From Octopus vulgaris (taxonomy: Eukaryota), in contig OX597823.1 of the NCBI GenBank assembly GCA_951406725.2, positions 34,472,001 through 34,536,000 on the forward strand: a stretch of DNA of 64,000 bases, written 5' to 3'. Below are positions 1 to 14,600 of this stretch, piece by piece (positions within the stretch are counted from its first letter, which is position 1; each line of letters begins with the position of its first letter). The position numbers and the translations under genes are program-made. Below the pieces are notes generated by a model. That model did no database searches. It worked only from the letters and a program-made list of their open reading frames with translations, and was not told the origin of the DNA.

Positions 1-425
1 TTTTCTCCCAAAATGCATGGTGGTATATATATATATATATATATACATACATACATTCATATATATATATTATAGACATGCACACACACACATTCATGCA
101 TTACATACAATACATGTGTACATATGAACAACGTACATATGACAAACAACAGAAATCTCGATTAATACATAGATAGCTACAGTGATTGATAGGGAGAAAG
201 CAATGGTTGCAGACAGACAGAAGAGAGAAAAGAGAAGAAAGGTGAAATAGAGAGTGTGTGTGAGAAAGAGAGGGTGAGAGAGAGAGAGAGAAAGAGAGAG
301 GTATCAGCTTGAATTAATGTATATATAAGAACAATAATGACACATGCTTTCTTCATTGAATGAGTTCATCTGAAACTGACCATAAATTAGGACACTGTCA
401 CTCATACACGCACACACCACACACA

Positions 426-473
<48 letters not shown>

Positions 474-1392
474 TGTTACTGTTTTTGTTTCATAAGATTT
501 GTTTATTCATTTTCTAGAATGTGTGACTATCAGACATCTAAGAATGGAAAGATTGGTTGATGTTGAAACGGGGTGGGGGAGAGGGTTAATACTCAGGGAC
601 ACCTGCTGCATAAAAACTTCTTAGTACTCAGCTACAACATTTTTGATTAAAACTACTGCTTAGAGATGAGATCTCATAAGATTGAAACACATTCAGAGTC
701 GTCACCCTTATTACTAAAGGCCATACTCACACTTCACTACACTCAATAGATAATTAATATTAGTTAATTAAAATTTTGAGGTTGTTACTCTTATTTTTTT
801 TAAACCAGAATTAGTTATTAAAAAAACAGCTTTTCTCATCATTAAGGGTATAAATTTTAAATTAATTAAATTCCCTGGCCAACTACATCAAGCATGCTAT
901 CACACCTTCCTATATTTTTCAGAAGTAGAGTCTTTTTTTAAAATAAACTAAATGTCTAAGATTGATTTATTATTAACAATATTAAGTTTCACCAGGAACT
1001 GGATCTTTGGAACTGGGTCATCAATTTATTCCTCAGCATACCATTTGTGCCCCTATTCTCTGTTGTGAGGCCATGCATTAACCATCTTGATTAATAATTT
1101 ATCTTTGATTAAATGCTTTTAATATAACTCTTCAAATTTTGGTAAAAGGCCAGCAATTTTAGCAGGAAGGGGTTCAATCAGTTTCATTGGTCCTAGTGCT
1201 TAATTGGTATATATTCTATTGACCCCAAAAGGGTGAAGATTAAAGACAGCCTTGCCAGAATTTGAACTCAGAACATGAGAAGCCTGAAGAAAAATTGCAA
1301 AGCATTTTGTCCAATGCATTAAAGAAAGAAAGAAAAAACTGGTTTAATGGCAGAATAGGTTCTTTAGACCAATCTAATTCATTTATGCTAAT

Positions 1393-2424
1393 TATGAGGG
1401 GTACCCAAAAGAAACCGGAATTTTGCAATACTAGTTTATTCATTTAGTTTTACATGTTTACACTTTTATTGCCTTCAGAGTATTCTTCATTTGAAGCAAC
1501 GCATCGATCCAGGCACATTTTCTACTATTTAGAGCAATCCTGGAACTCTTGTGAAATGCTGCCTTTTAAGACCCACTAACATAGCTAGTATGTGCTGCCC
1601 AGGGTGGCCCTTCAGGTTGCTGAAAAAACACATATTGCCTACAGCAGACCTAAACGTATCACCACTTTAAAAGTGCCGCCTGGGATGGACAGTCCCTCGC
1701 TACCTTCCTCCCACCCCCAGCTACACTAGTGTTAACACCTCTGTTTTTTTCTCCACATCTGCAAATTCCATAGCACCAGCTTTTGTCACCAGTGATGACC
1801 TTTGAAGAAAGATCCAGATCAACTTCCAACTTTTCTTTCAGTTCATAACACGCATTCACTCAAGACTGCTTTTCTTCTTCACGAACAAGCAAGACACAGA
1901 TTTTGCTGCAACTCTTTTCATTTGCAATTCCTTGCTCAAAATTCATTGGCAGGAGCTCCAGAACACAGCAGTCATATCATCACATTTGTCAATTGTTTGG
2001 TGACGGTTCTCCAAGATCAGTTAATGAAGTTTTATGATGTTTTCATTCATTTGGGAGGTCTTCAAGTGACAAATGACCATTCCTAGAGTGTGGAGATCAC
2101 TCATAAACTTGTGCTTTGCTCATGACAGTGTCCTTGCAAGCTGCTTGAAGCATGACAACTGTTTCGGCCACCAATTTTTCCCTAACAGAAAACAGAATTT
2201 TATGTTTTTCCTTTGTTTCAGCCATTGCAAAAATCGATGAACAAGAGAAAAGCACTGCAAAACAAAGACACACCACATGGCAGTACAATATCACTTGACA
2301 ACACCGGTCAGCAGACTGTAGCCTGAGGGTCACATCAAGTGCCTTCTAGTGGTGGAAGCCTGAACTACAAATGGCTTGTCCCACAGAGAATGTTTCCGGT
2401 TACTTTTGGGGGTACCCCATCGTA
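1393..2424 (-). mobile_element. Degenerate, internally deleted mariner-family DNA transposon
   Basis: TIRs TA-tgaggggtacccaaaagaaaccggaa (1393-1420) and ttccggttacttttgggggtaccccatcg-TA (2394-2424). Minus-strand remnants AETVVMLQAACKDTVMSKAQVYE (HTH) and VITGDKSWCYG (first catalytic-Asp motif ITGDE.W). Confidence 0.88.
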
Positions 2425-5400
2425 TGTCCTTGAGAAAGGCATGAAGGACACATGCTGTTATTCCCCCATTATGTGAATCACTCACCAAATTCTGAAGTGA
2501 AAGAGTCTTTTATGAGAAACATTAGTATCTTAACATCTATAGTTTTGTAAGTTTACTTCAAGCAATCTCTTATCTGTTTGTATTAAATTTCGCATTGATT
2601 GATTAGAAGGAAGGGGGGAATGAGTCTGAGATGGAGAAATAGATAGCAAAGAGAAGGAGGGTGGGAGATAGAGAATGTGTTGCTAGTGCCCAATTTCATC
2701 CATCCATCAGCTATCAAGAACAGCTGGAATCCTCCATTTGCAAGATTTGGGGTTAATAATTGCTGGTGAGGCATCGCAGTACAACAGATGCTACTCATTT
2801 CTTTTTGTTTTTTTCTTTTTCTCCAACTGAGCGGACCGGAGCAATGAAAAACGAAGTAACTTATCCAAGGACACATTGCATTGTTTAGGAATTGATCCCA
2901 TGTCTTTACAAATGTGAGTCCAACAGTTTAACTATTGGGTCTTATATCTAAACAACACTATAATTCTTAATGGTAATGCCAGTGCTAATATACTTAATGT
3001 AATGAATCTGTAAAAACTAACACTTCCTTTTTTCTGAGCTGAGATTCAAAACCAAATCTAAGGATTCTCCTTTGTCTGATCCACCACCGGCCAAACAGGT
3101 GTGAAAGAAATTTCTTTGTCCTGTCAAAAAGTGATGGATGGATTTCTCTTTGACCTATGACCTGAGCCGTGTCATTTAAGGTTCAAGTGAACAGGAGGTG
3201 ACCTACATACGTAGAAATTACTCCTATGGTATATCTGTCCTTCTAGCTGTCATGACCATTATAAATACAGTCAGACATACAACAGAGGCAGATAGCCATC
3301 ACCAGGTGAACTCTCAAGAGACAAGCAGACAGCCATCAAGTAACTTGCGGCAGTCAAGCAGCCAACAGAGAACCATGTATTCAGCATGAACGACACAACA
3401 AAGTAGCAGTTGCAGAACATAAACAGATCCCACTAAATGACCAACACACACAGAGACACAAACATATTTCCCCTGTTTATTTTCCTCTTCGCCAACTCGA
3501 AGCAAGTTGGTAATGTCATGTAGTGAATTTTCTGGTGTATATAACACGTAAATGCAAGAGTCAAATAAATTATTTAAACCACAATCCGATGCTTTCCCAT
3601 TGTTTTACTTTGATGTTATCCACATGTCTCTTTCATCTGCTACCTTGACATCTTTTGCTACACTCTTTCCCACTACAAATCAAAACATTAATCAAAATTA
3701 CAATTGGAGTAATTTTATCATGTTGCGCTCCAGATGACTTATCATTTCAGGCGAGACATTTCTTTTAGATTAAACTTAGCTGAGAACTTTACATCAAAGA
3801 GTAAAGGACATACGAATTTGTCTTTTTTTTTTTCTTTCTATTTAATATAATCTTGTTAAAGTTTATCATTAGCTTAATGGTGTACATTACAAGTTCAAAT
3901 TCCCTTCTTTTTGCAGTTTGGTCTATAAATAAATAACTGTAACATACTATGTCAATATAATAAACCTTATGTTTTCTCTCTGTGAAATGGTTATGTGAGA
4001 AATCGATATATTGGTTCTTTGACTTTTGAAACTTAAAAATTAAGCCTGGGACAATGTGTAAACATTCAGCTAGCAATGACCTCAAAAAAACGAAACATCT
4101 ATGAAATAAATTGATTTCTCTATTAATAAATTGAGATTTAGCATATTGATCATAACACATTATCATAATATAAATAAGAGAAAAGAAGGAAATATGAAGA
4201 AAATTTTACTAAAATTACTGAGAACTTAGCAATAAGACATGACAAATTATTTGGACTAAATTTTTAAAACATTTTGAGTCCCAATAAATAGCTTGCATGA
4301 ATTCACTACCAGTAGATGTGTAACCAATGTGTGTTGTCTGAAAGGCAGCAAAAATAGTAAGAGACTGAAATGGAAAGTGTGTAGGGTCTAGTTATTTTTT
4401 GATATTCAGGTTTTACACAACCAGTTTCTGTAATGATGGAAATGTTTGCCAGTTACCTTGGCTGTTGAAGCTTCTACAAGTTCTAAATAAAGTTGGATAC
4501 AGAATAGCCAAGTAGTTAAGACAATGAGTTGAGATCTGCAGCAGATTTGAACCTACTACCTTAACTACTTTGTTATTTTGAAGCAGAGTACTTAATTCTG
4601 AAATAAGTCAGTCCTCTGGAATTGATGTTGGAAAATCGGACACATTATGTATGCTATGAAAGTGAAACACTAGACCTTAAGATTTTTACTATGGAATACT
4701 AAATATATTTATATACATGTTTTCAAAACTAAATTTGTGATGGGCAAACAGAAACTGTAGTTTTTGTTCATCTATATTCTGAACTCAAAAATCTTTCTTG
4801 TGTTTGGGAGTCAACTTTACTTTTTCTATCTAGAAGACAATTAGAAGTACCAGTACTATTTTGGTTCCTAATTTAATCCAATATAGCCCTTTCTCTGATG
4901 AATTGCTGTTCTGGTTTTCTTTTCAAAGAAATCATGGAACCAGAAACAAGAAATTGATAAACATGTTAAAACTTTTAACATTTGCTAAAACGAAAAAAAA
5001 GTCAGATGAAATAATAATAATAATTATTATTATTATAACAGGGTTTTTTTCTTTTTTTTTTTAAACGGATGCTCATGTGTATGTACATAGTAGACAAGCA
5101 TATCAGTGTCACACGTAGACAAGCAACTCTTAAGCCTAACGTGGCAGTCAGTAATGAACTGAACTCTCAGTAGAACTTGGCAATACTTCATTGGTCCATA
5201 GTAATAGGTATTACTACGCCTCTCCATAACTTACGACTAAATTATATCTAGTTTTATCGGAGTTGGAGTAACTTATTTCGTGTTATAATTGACTCATTAA
5301 TGATTATATTATAACAATCTCTAAATAAATACGCTGAGTTCATAAATAACTTGGTTTTCATTTATGTATTTTTGGTACTTATTAATCTAAAGTAATTCGA

Positions 5401-5479
5401 AGGAAAGCCGACAAGTAATGCGGTCCGAGTGTCTTAAATTCTATCTTCATCTTCAGAGACACTAAAGAGTTCCTGAAGC

Positions 5480-5600
5480 ATGGCGTTGTTTAGTAGTAGA
5501 TTAAATTACTTGCTTCTTCTTTTGGCTTTAATTAGTCAAGTAATTGATTTTAGATGCTATGGAGAAGAAGCTGATGAAGCAGACGAAGCTACCGACGACG
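5480..5600 (+). CDS. PDIA4: PDIA4 exon 1 (signal peptide + acidic stretch)
   Basis: ATG 5480; [40 protein letters not shown]; donor G|gtaggt at 5601, phase 1 fits exon 2. Confidence 0.88.
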
Positions 5601-8600
5601 GTAGGTCCCGCAGAAAACAATTCTATGCATTTTTTCACTTTTGTTTGTTTTCATTTTCACGTATCTCTGCCCAAATAGTTGCACACACCAAGCAATGCCT
5701 CACAACATTCTTTTATAATTTTCAACATACCTTGTAAGTTTTCTTTAATTTTATCAATTCACATCATACAGGATTTGTTTGCAACTAGTTTTGAGAACAG
5801 TCATGCATTTTTTTTTATTCAGCGTACTTTTTGAAAAACTTTCTTATGAACCTAATTCATTCACAAATAACTTACTGATAAGAGAAACTTAAAGGTTTGT
5901 GTAATCAAAATCCATTTTATACCCGGGCCCTTGATGATTGATGCTGTAATTAATGTCAACCTAAACATACCCATTTTTCACAATTCACTGCAAAAGAAGT
6001 TTTCCCTTGTCTCAAAGAACAAGTTATGTCCGTATTTCTTGCCCTTTTGCTAGGTTTTAGAAGTTTTCCTTTCGTGTAAGTCATTTGAAAGGTTTTCATG
6101 TGATCCTTTAAGACTAACAAAAGTATATAAGACCATAGATCGAATTTATATCTCAAGTTGTTCACTCATCAGGCTCTTGTAGCGTGGGTTTCATTCCACG
6201 TCTACAGCTGTATAGGAACCCTTGTTTACATATACACGCTGCAGATCTTGGAAGAGATTGTCCACAGTTGTTTTCCGTTTTATTATTGTTTGTGTGGCAG
6301 AGGAGCAAGAGAATTATAATTAGATAGATATTTATGTGTCGCATCACAGTTTCTACAATTTCGTGATCTTTAAGAATGTCAGGGCCCCTGTAAATATCTG
6401 ACTGCTATTGACAAAAAGTCAACCCCGGCTACGATTTCGAGACAACGATCTTTATACTGGGTATTTACCTTGCCAAAATAAGACTTGTTTTTCTTGATGT
6501 AGGTTTTAGTCCACCGCGTCACTAATGTTACTGATGTTGATCCTAATGTTCATTGTTATGTATTTAGGCTTTATTTTTGCAGGCGAAAATAATCTCATGT
6601 AGAGAGGCCTACTTGGTTGGGTTAACCACCTTGCGGACTTGCTCCCACTAGCGATAAAATGAGATTTAGACATTGTTTTCAACATATTCAACGCCGATGT
6701 ATTTTATTATAATTGGTTTGAAATTACCGCCTCCGTTTCCTAAAAAACAAACTTAACTGAAACATGAATGTGGGTAGTAGTGTTATTACAGAAATCAGCC
6801 TCATAGATGTACCCTATTTATGAAGATGAAATAGAATTTGGAACAAATTAATTGGTATAATTCAGGTCCTCAGTTCTGGGTGGGAAGATTTCTGTTAATT
6901 CTTGTTTATTGCATCTCTTCATTTAGTTCTTGTAGTGAACCGTGAAAACACAATGAGTAATTGTTCTTGGCTTCATTGACTCCCGAAATATTTCACAGTA
7001 AACGTGTTGTAAAACTTGCAAAAGAGATAATAAAAAGGTGAAGTGGAAACTGAAGATGTCCAAGTGGCATGAAAGCTGCTTCAATTTCTGTTTTATAAAT
7101 TTAGCTCTTTAAAGACTGAGAAAATGACGTCATTAATCTTGTATGTTAACATCTATTTTCTTTTGCTGATCACATCATCATCATCACCGTTTTTACGTCT
7201 GCTTTTCCATGCTTGCATGAATCAGTCGAGAGTACATTGAGACAGAGCCTTTTTCCTGCAGTTCTGCTCGCCAACCCCTACTTGTTTCCAAGTGAGGTAG
7301 TAATCTATCAATTTACTAAATAGCTAACAGCCCGGGCGTCTTTTATGCAGGGAACAGGAAACAAACACATACATATACGACGGGCTTCCTCATAGTTTCC
7401 GTCCACCAGATATTTTCTCAAAGCTTTGGTGGGTTCAGGTCGATAATGGAAGACACTCGCTCATGGTTGGGAAGCGATCTTTTTAGCCACATGCCTTCAT
7501 TCAATGCTTACTTTTTCATGTTTGTGTGGGTCAGACGAATTCACTGAGGCAAATTTTCTACAGATAGAAACTATTCCTTTTGCTGATCCTCACTAAGCAA
7601 GCTAAGAGTTCCTTATGGCCACCCATGGAAGAATAAACATCACTTGCATAATGGTGATGTTTACAAACATTGCATGATGTCAAGACAAGACTACACACAT
7701 ACACACACAATATCTTTCTCTCAGTCTCCATCCTCCAAATCCACTCAGAAGGTTGCTTCTGCTCTCAACCGATTACAGCTGTGCTATAATAGAGGAGTGA
7801 TGGAGAGTTGAGTGTTTGGGGAATGCTTAGCAGGTGTAGGGCAGGCCAAGCATGTGCAAGCATATATAAAATGCAAACCCGTGTTTGCAAAGTGAGCTTC
7901 TTAACCCCACAGCCATCTCTTTGCCTATATTGATATCTACAACACTTAATTGCTTTTACTGATTGTCTTTTCTTTACATTTTTTCCACTGTAGATAACGA
8001 GCCAATTGAAGAAGATGATGTGTTGGTCTTAAATAACAACAACTTTGATGATGTCATTTACTCCCGAGATACGGTACTTGTGGAATTTTATGCACCATGG
8101 TAAGATTCTCTTCATACTCTTCTTTCTACTTTCCTCTTATAGTCACTATCATGACCTGCTAGTAGGATGATGGTGAGGATCGTCATCATCATCATTTTAA
8201 TGTCCACTTTCCCATCCTTGCATAGGCCAAACCAAATTTGTTGTGGCAGATTTTCTGTGGTTGGATACCTTCCCTGTCACCAACCCTTACCTGTTTCCAA
8301 AATAAAATTATATTTCTCCTCAGCCTGATATGTTCTTCCTGAAAGACTGGAAATAAACCAGTCATCAGGTGGTATCAAGACAAAGCTACACACACAATAG
8401 GTCAGTTGTCATCCACCAAATGTTTCCACAAGACTTTGGTTGCCCTGGGGCTATATAGTAGAAGGCACATGCCCCATTTGCATTCGTACTTTCAACATTT
8501 TATAACAAGCCTGTTTTTGTCCTACAGAAACACTTCATTGCCTTGTGCTCCTATTACTTTACTGTCATTCTTTCCTCCCCTTCTTTTACAATCTTCATGT

Positions 8601-11600
8601 CTTTTTACTTCTCTATTAAATTACTTTGTGATTTCTTTGTCTTCAGGTGTGGCCACTGTAAAAGACTGGCACCAGCATACGCTGATGCTGCCAAACAGCT
8701 GAAAAAAACAGTGCCTAAAGTATCATTGGCCAAAATTGATGCCACTATAGAAACTGAACTAAGTTCCAGGTATTTGCTTTTAATGGGGTTTTTCTTTTCT
8801 TTTTTTTCTTGCATTATTTTGAGATTATATTCCTGATATTTTGGCAATGTCCCACTATTTCCGGGTGGGTCATGGAGGGAGAATCCTCAGGTACCTCCTC
8901 CGAGAATCCTCTTAGAAGTAACCATCATTGCAATTTCCTGGCAATGTTCAAAGACTGAAAGTCAATCTGAAATTTAAGTTATTGCTGATGAACTATGGAA
9001 TGTCAGTGTTAGTAAATTCTTGGTGAACCAAATCCATAGAAGTTCCTCATATGGTATTATCATTCTTCAGAACTCTTCTTGTTGATATATTAGGTCCCAA
9101 TACTTAAGACATCACATCAACAACTCTCTCACTCCTTGTCATTCTCTTTTCCTCCATGGCTGTTAACTCAATTTTAGGATCTTTTTGGTTTGGCTGCCAG
9201 CATTTCAAAAATTAAAATTTGGCACATTAATATACTTTTCCAAGCTGAATTGCTCGGAGTTATTTAATTTTTTTCCAGGAAAATGTTTTTTAAAAGTTAT
9301 AAAGGTTTAAAATTTGATCATTTTGACCCAGTGAGGAAACAGGTTTTGGAAGCTGTCATTTTGTGCGTGACTGCACATTATGTCGTCAACATCCTGAAAG
9401 TAGCAAATGTTATCAAGAAAGAGTAAACAACGTGTCTTTTGTAGTTTTAAGTATTGCAATAGCACAAACTTAAAAGATTTATCCAAAAACGTTATTTAGC
9501 TGTTATTTTTAGCACATCTCATAACCACCTCAGTGACAAAAAACGAGTAAACAACACATTTTGTAGTTTTAAGCATTCAATATGCATTTAATGCAAATAT
9601 GATTAAACCACACATTATATGCGATAAACACACACCAGTACATATTTCCACCACATCTTTTTGTACACATAACATGCTTCTTCCTTTTACATAATTTTCT
9701 TCAGGGTATGACACCCTTTTCTTGTAGATACAAAACAGTATCCTCTTATTCTTAGTGTCTCCATCATTGAAGCAAGGATACTGGTTTTTGCTACCATAAA
9801 CAAACAGTAAAATTTCCAACAGAACACAGCATCAAAAAGTGGTTTCAATATATTTGTCAACATGTGCTTCCTCACAGACAAAAGAGTTCTCCATTCCGCT
9901 TGTTACTATGGAAACCAGCATGAATGTGTCTGTGGCTTATGATTGGCTAAAATTAGCCAAAATTTTAAAACGTTAATTGCTAATAACTCTTTATTTATTG
10001 ACTTATAGTGAAAATGATTTTCACATAATTCATTAATCTATAAAAATGTATCATTACCCTGAATTTGAAATCAATTTGAACAGAAATTGATGCTGGCAGC
10101 CAAACCGATAAGATCCCTATTTTACTTAATGACATAAGGTATCCAGTAAGGTTTCAATTCCCAGACTAGGTGGTGTGTTGTATTCTGGAGCCAAACACTT
10201 CACTCAGCTGTGAATGGGTTAATCCTGTGATGAGCTGGTTTCCTGTTCAGCGGGAATGTTGTGATCTTGGTCACCTATAGGACATGCAGACCAGGTAAAT
10301 GGCCCAAGGAGATCTAGGACTTTAGACAGTACCTACTTTTACTTGACATATCCTACAACCATCAATAGTTTCAGCATAACGAAGCAAACAAGGTGACTTG
10401 TGTTGGTCTTGCTCTTTATCCTTGTTTATAAAAGTGAAGTAAAACCCTGTAACTTCTGCTGCTCACTTTGATATTATCAGTCATGAAACTGATGGGAATA
10501 AAGATGCCAAAACTGGACTCCCTTGGTTACATTTATTTTGTTGATTAGGAGAATACAGGGAGCAAAGTTATTAACCCCCAAATATGCCAGAAAGTTTACA
10601 AAAATCAAGCAAAATTAACATTTTAGGCATTATATTTGTTTTGATATGGGCGTACACATCTGGTGTAAAATGGTTTCTCACAAATAAATAGTTGGTTGTG
10701 GTTATCTAAAATAACCTATTGCAGAAATATGTTAACACAGAATGCACTCTGTACTACTCAGGTATGATACTGAGTATTCACTGCTCAACAACCAACTGTT
10801 AAACCAACACCGTCAACTACCCCCACCCCTGACAGTTCACTCAGTTCTTATTTATTGTAATCGGTTAGTCCACCTTCAGTCACATGGTAGGGGTGTTCGG
10901 GATTCTCCCATAACAACTTGTCTCCTTAGTCTACTTAATATCAATGTTGTTTAGTTGAAGGTGGTGAGCTGGCAGAAACGTTAGCACACTGGGCGAAATG
11001 CTTAGTGGTATTTCGTCTGTCTTGAGTTCAAATTCCACCGAGGTCGACTTTGTCTTTCATCCTTTTGGGAGTCGATTAAATAAGTACCAGTTATGCTCTG
11101 GGGTTGATGGAATCAACTTAATCCCTTTGTCTGTCCTTGTTTGTCCCCTCTATGTTTAGCCCCCTGTGGGCAATAAAGAAATAAATATCAATGTTGTTTA
11201 GTTAAAGACCAGCTGTGATTGAATAAAATTGATGTGACACAACAGTTGTTAGACAAACCCTAACCCTTTGGTTACCATTTAGTAATTTACCATTCATAAT
11301 GTTTTGTTGCTACATTTTTATATATTTGTTTTTTTGTCAGATTTGATGTGAATGGATATCCTACTTTATTGTTCTTCAAAAATGGAAAGTCTTTTCCCTA
11401 TGAAGGGCCAAGAGAAGCTGATGGTATGTAGACAAAACTGGAAATGTTGTTTGTGTAATTGTTCATTTTCAAATTGGTTTTTATGTCCAATAGTAGTTCA
11501 AGGTTGCCAAAGTTAAAATGCATAACTGAGTTTAGTTAAGGCCAGAGTAACATAATTTTGGTCATGATTTGAAATATGCTAATGCCATCATGGCAATCAT

Positions 11601-14600
11601 GTTCTCCAAACTGACACCATTAATAGAATAAGGAAGGCATCTTTACATGGTTGCTCAATCTGTCTGCTAGAAACGGTAGTCAACTCTAAAATAACACTCT
11701 GTCTTAGAAAAGGAAGGACACACAGGACAGTATAATCCTGGACATGTGTAAAGTTGGGATGGTCACAGTTGGAACAGCTTTGATCACAGGTCTCTTGGAT
11801 GAGGGTCAACTTGAGACTAAACAACAGTTTTGGCTACTCTTAGAAATGGTTTCTTGAAGATTAACTTTAATCCTATCCACTTTTGTCACATTTTTATCTT
11901 TTCAGTCATTAGGCTGTGGCCATGCTGGGGCACCACCTTGAGGAATCTTTTGTCAAATGATTTGATCCTAGCACTTATTATTTTTGAGCCTGGTACTTAT
12001 TTTGTTGGCCTCTTTTGCTGAACTGCTAAGTTATGGGGGACATAAGCGCAGCAACACTGGTTATCACTGGTGGTGGAAGGATACACACACACAATGTATG
12101 TGTTGGTTGATGCCAGTGCCATGAAAAGCACCATTTGAGTGTGGTTGATGACGGTGTCACTTGACTGTCCCCCTCCCCATGCCAGTGGCACGTGAAAAGC
12201 ACCCACTGCACTCTTGGAGTGGTCGGTGTTAGGAAGGGCATCCAGCTGTAGAAACCTTACCAGAACAGATTGGAGCCTGGTACAGCCTCTTGGCTTGCCA
12301 GTTCTCAGTCAAACCATCCAACCCATGCCAACATGGAAAGCAGATGTTAAACGATGATGATTATATATATGACAGGCTTCTTTCAGTTTCCGTCTACCAA
12401 ATCCACTCACAAGGCTTTGGCCAGCCTGAAGCTATAGTAGAAAACACTTGCCCAAGGTGCCATCCAGTGGGACTGAACCCAGAACCATGTGATTAGGAAG
12501 TAGATTTCTTACCTCACAGCCAAAACCTGATCTTTATCAGGTATTATGGGTAGTCATTTTAACTCACTTTCATTTATATTTCCAAGTTAGCATTGAATGG
12601 AACAGATTTAGGGCAACTCCATGTATTTGCTAGGTGCTGCTTCTCCTTTCTACTGCTCTTCAACTAATGGTGTTGATGTGGATATCTTACCTTTAGCAAC
12701 ACAACAATTGGTGTGATATGTTTGAGTTAACGATTAGGTGATCAGCAGTGCAGTATTTTCAAATCTCACTTCACTGCCCAATCTCAAATTCCTTTTATCT
12801 CACAAAATTTACTCTGTACTCATTTTCTTTTTATCAAGGTGACTTGTGTTTTTCTTGCTCTTTGTCCTTGTTTATTGTTAAGCTTCCTCCTCTCACTTAA
12901 CATATACATCATTCAATTTCTTTAAACAGGTATCGTTACATACATGTTGGAACGAGCTGCACCAAGCTGGAAACCTCCACCAGAGGCTGTTATTACATTG
13001 ACTGACAACAATTTTACAGATTTTATAGAAAAGCATGAACTTTCTCTTGTGGAATTTTATGCCCCATGGTATAGTTATTTTTTAAATATCTGATTCTTTC
13101 TTAATCATGAAAGAGATTCTGCATTAATTTTTCTTATTGAAAATTATTAAAATAATTTTTTTTTTTACATCATACTCAGTAGTTTTGGTTTTATAGTGAA
13201 GATGTTTGCTTTGGAAACAGATGGTTTTAGGTTCGGCAATCCCTTTGTCTTTGTTTGTCACCTCTATCTTTAGCCTCCTGTGAGCAGTAAAGAAAAATAA
13301 TGGTGTTTCCTACAAGAGCCATGGGTTGGCCAATCCTTTTTTCATTCTTTTACTTGATTCAGTCATTGAACTTTGCCCATGCTACTGCACTGCTTTGAGG
13401 AGTTTACTCAAACAAATCGGCCTCAGTAATTAGTTTTAAGTGATTATTTGGAGAACTGCTAAGTTACAGGACATAAACAAACCAACATTGATTGTCAAGA
13501 GGTGCAGGTGTTTAACACAAAGACATACATATCTTCTCCATCATATGTGTGTGTGTATATGTATATATATATATGTGTGTGTGTACAGCAATAAGAAAAT
13601 GGAGGGGATCAAGAGGTGGTATTCAACTTTTAGACATTATATTATGTCTGTTTATTTATTTTTTAAAAAGACAATCATAACAATATACCTACATGTATAA
13701 CATATTATGCTTTACATATAAAATATAAAAATACCAGTAATTATTAAAATATATAATGTAGAACATAGAAAATAGGATAATATCTTACAGGTGTTTCAGC
13801 CAAGAGGCCATTGTACCCCACTCTACTTTTATCCCTCCATTGAACTGAAGTATTTGGTAGATAAGATTAAGGTACTTGGGTGTATTCCTGGGCTTTGGTG
13901 AATACCACCTCTTGATCTTATCCATTTTCTTATTGCTGTATAAATTAAGGGTAAAATAACTTTTTACCCTCACTCATTTATTACACTTGGTAATGTAATT
14001 GCCATGCAATGAAAAAACACTTGTGTATTAATAATTGGGTATTCTACCAGCAGTATATTGGATAGATATTATCCCTTAGTTGGTTGGATTCACAACCTCT
14101 AACTCTCTTGGAATTATATATATATGTATATATGTATGTATACACACATATTCTGTCTACCAAATTCACTCACTAGGCATTGGTTGGCTTTGGGCTGTGA
14201 CAGAAGACACTTGTCCAAGGTGCCATGCAGTTGGACTGTGCTTTGGAAGCATGGTTGCAAAGTGAGCTTCATAACCACTCCCATATCTGCATCTTTGTAC
14301 AAGAAATTTGGTAGTTAGAAACTAAGAAGCCTGACATATAGGTATATGTATTTGTATAATGATTGGAAATAAAGCCACTATTTATAGTGTTATTGTTAAT
14401 AATCCTCCATAAAAACATGTCTGGCCATTGAGCTGTTCATTGTTCAAAAAACCAGTGGAAATATTATCTACTTGGAAATAGTTGAAATTTGGCAACAAGA
14501 AAAGTATTTGGCTGCAGAATATCTGCCTCAACAAATTTTGTACATACCATGCCATCATGGGAAATGGATATTAAAATGGTAGTGATGGTTCCTGACTGTA

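Noticed and set aside
3020-5330. Possible divergent minus-strand gene upstream of PDIA4 (donor-like gtaagt at 5234-5229; acceptor-like sites near 3673 and 3202; short peptide VGKSVAKDVKVADERDMWITSK*)
   Set aside because: No coherent spliced ORF or recognisable motif could be assembled; a non-coding divergent transcript cannot be excluded without RNA data.
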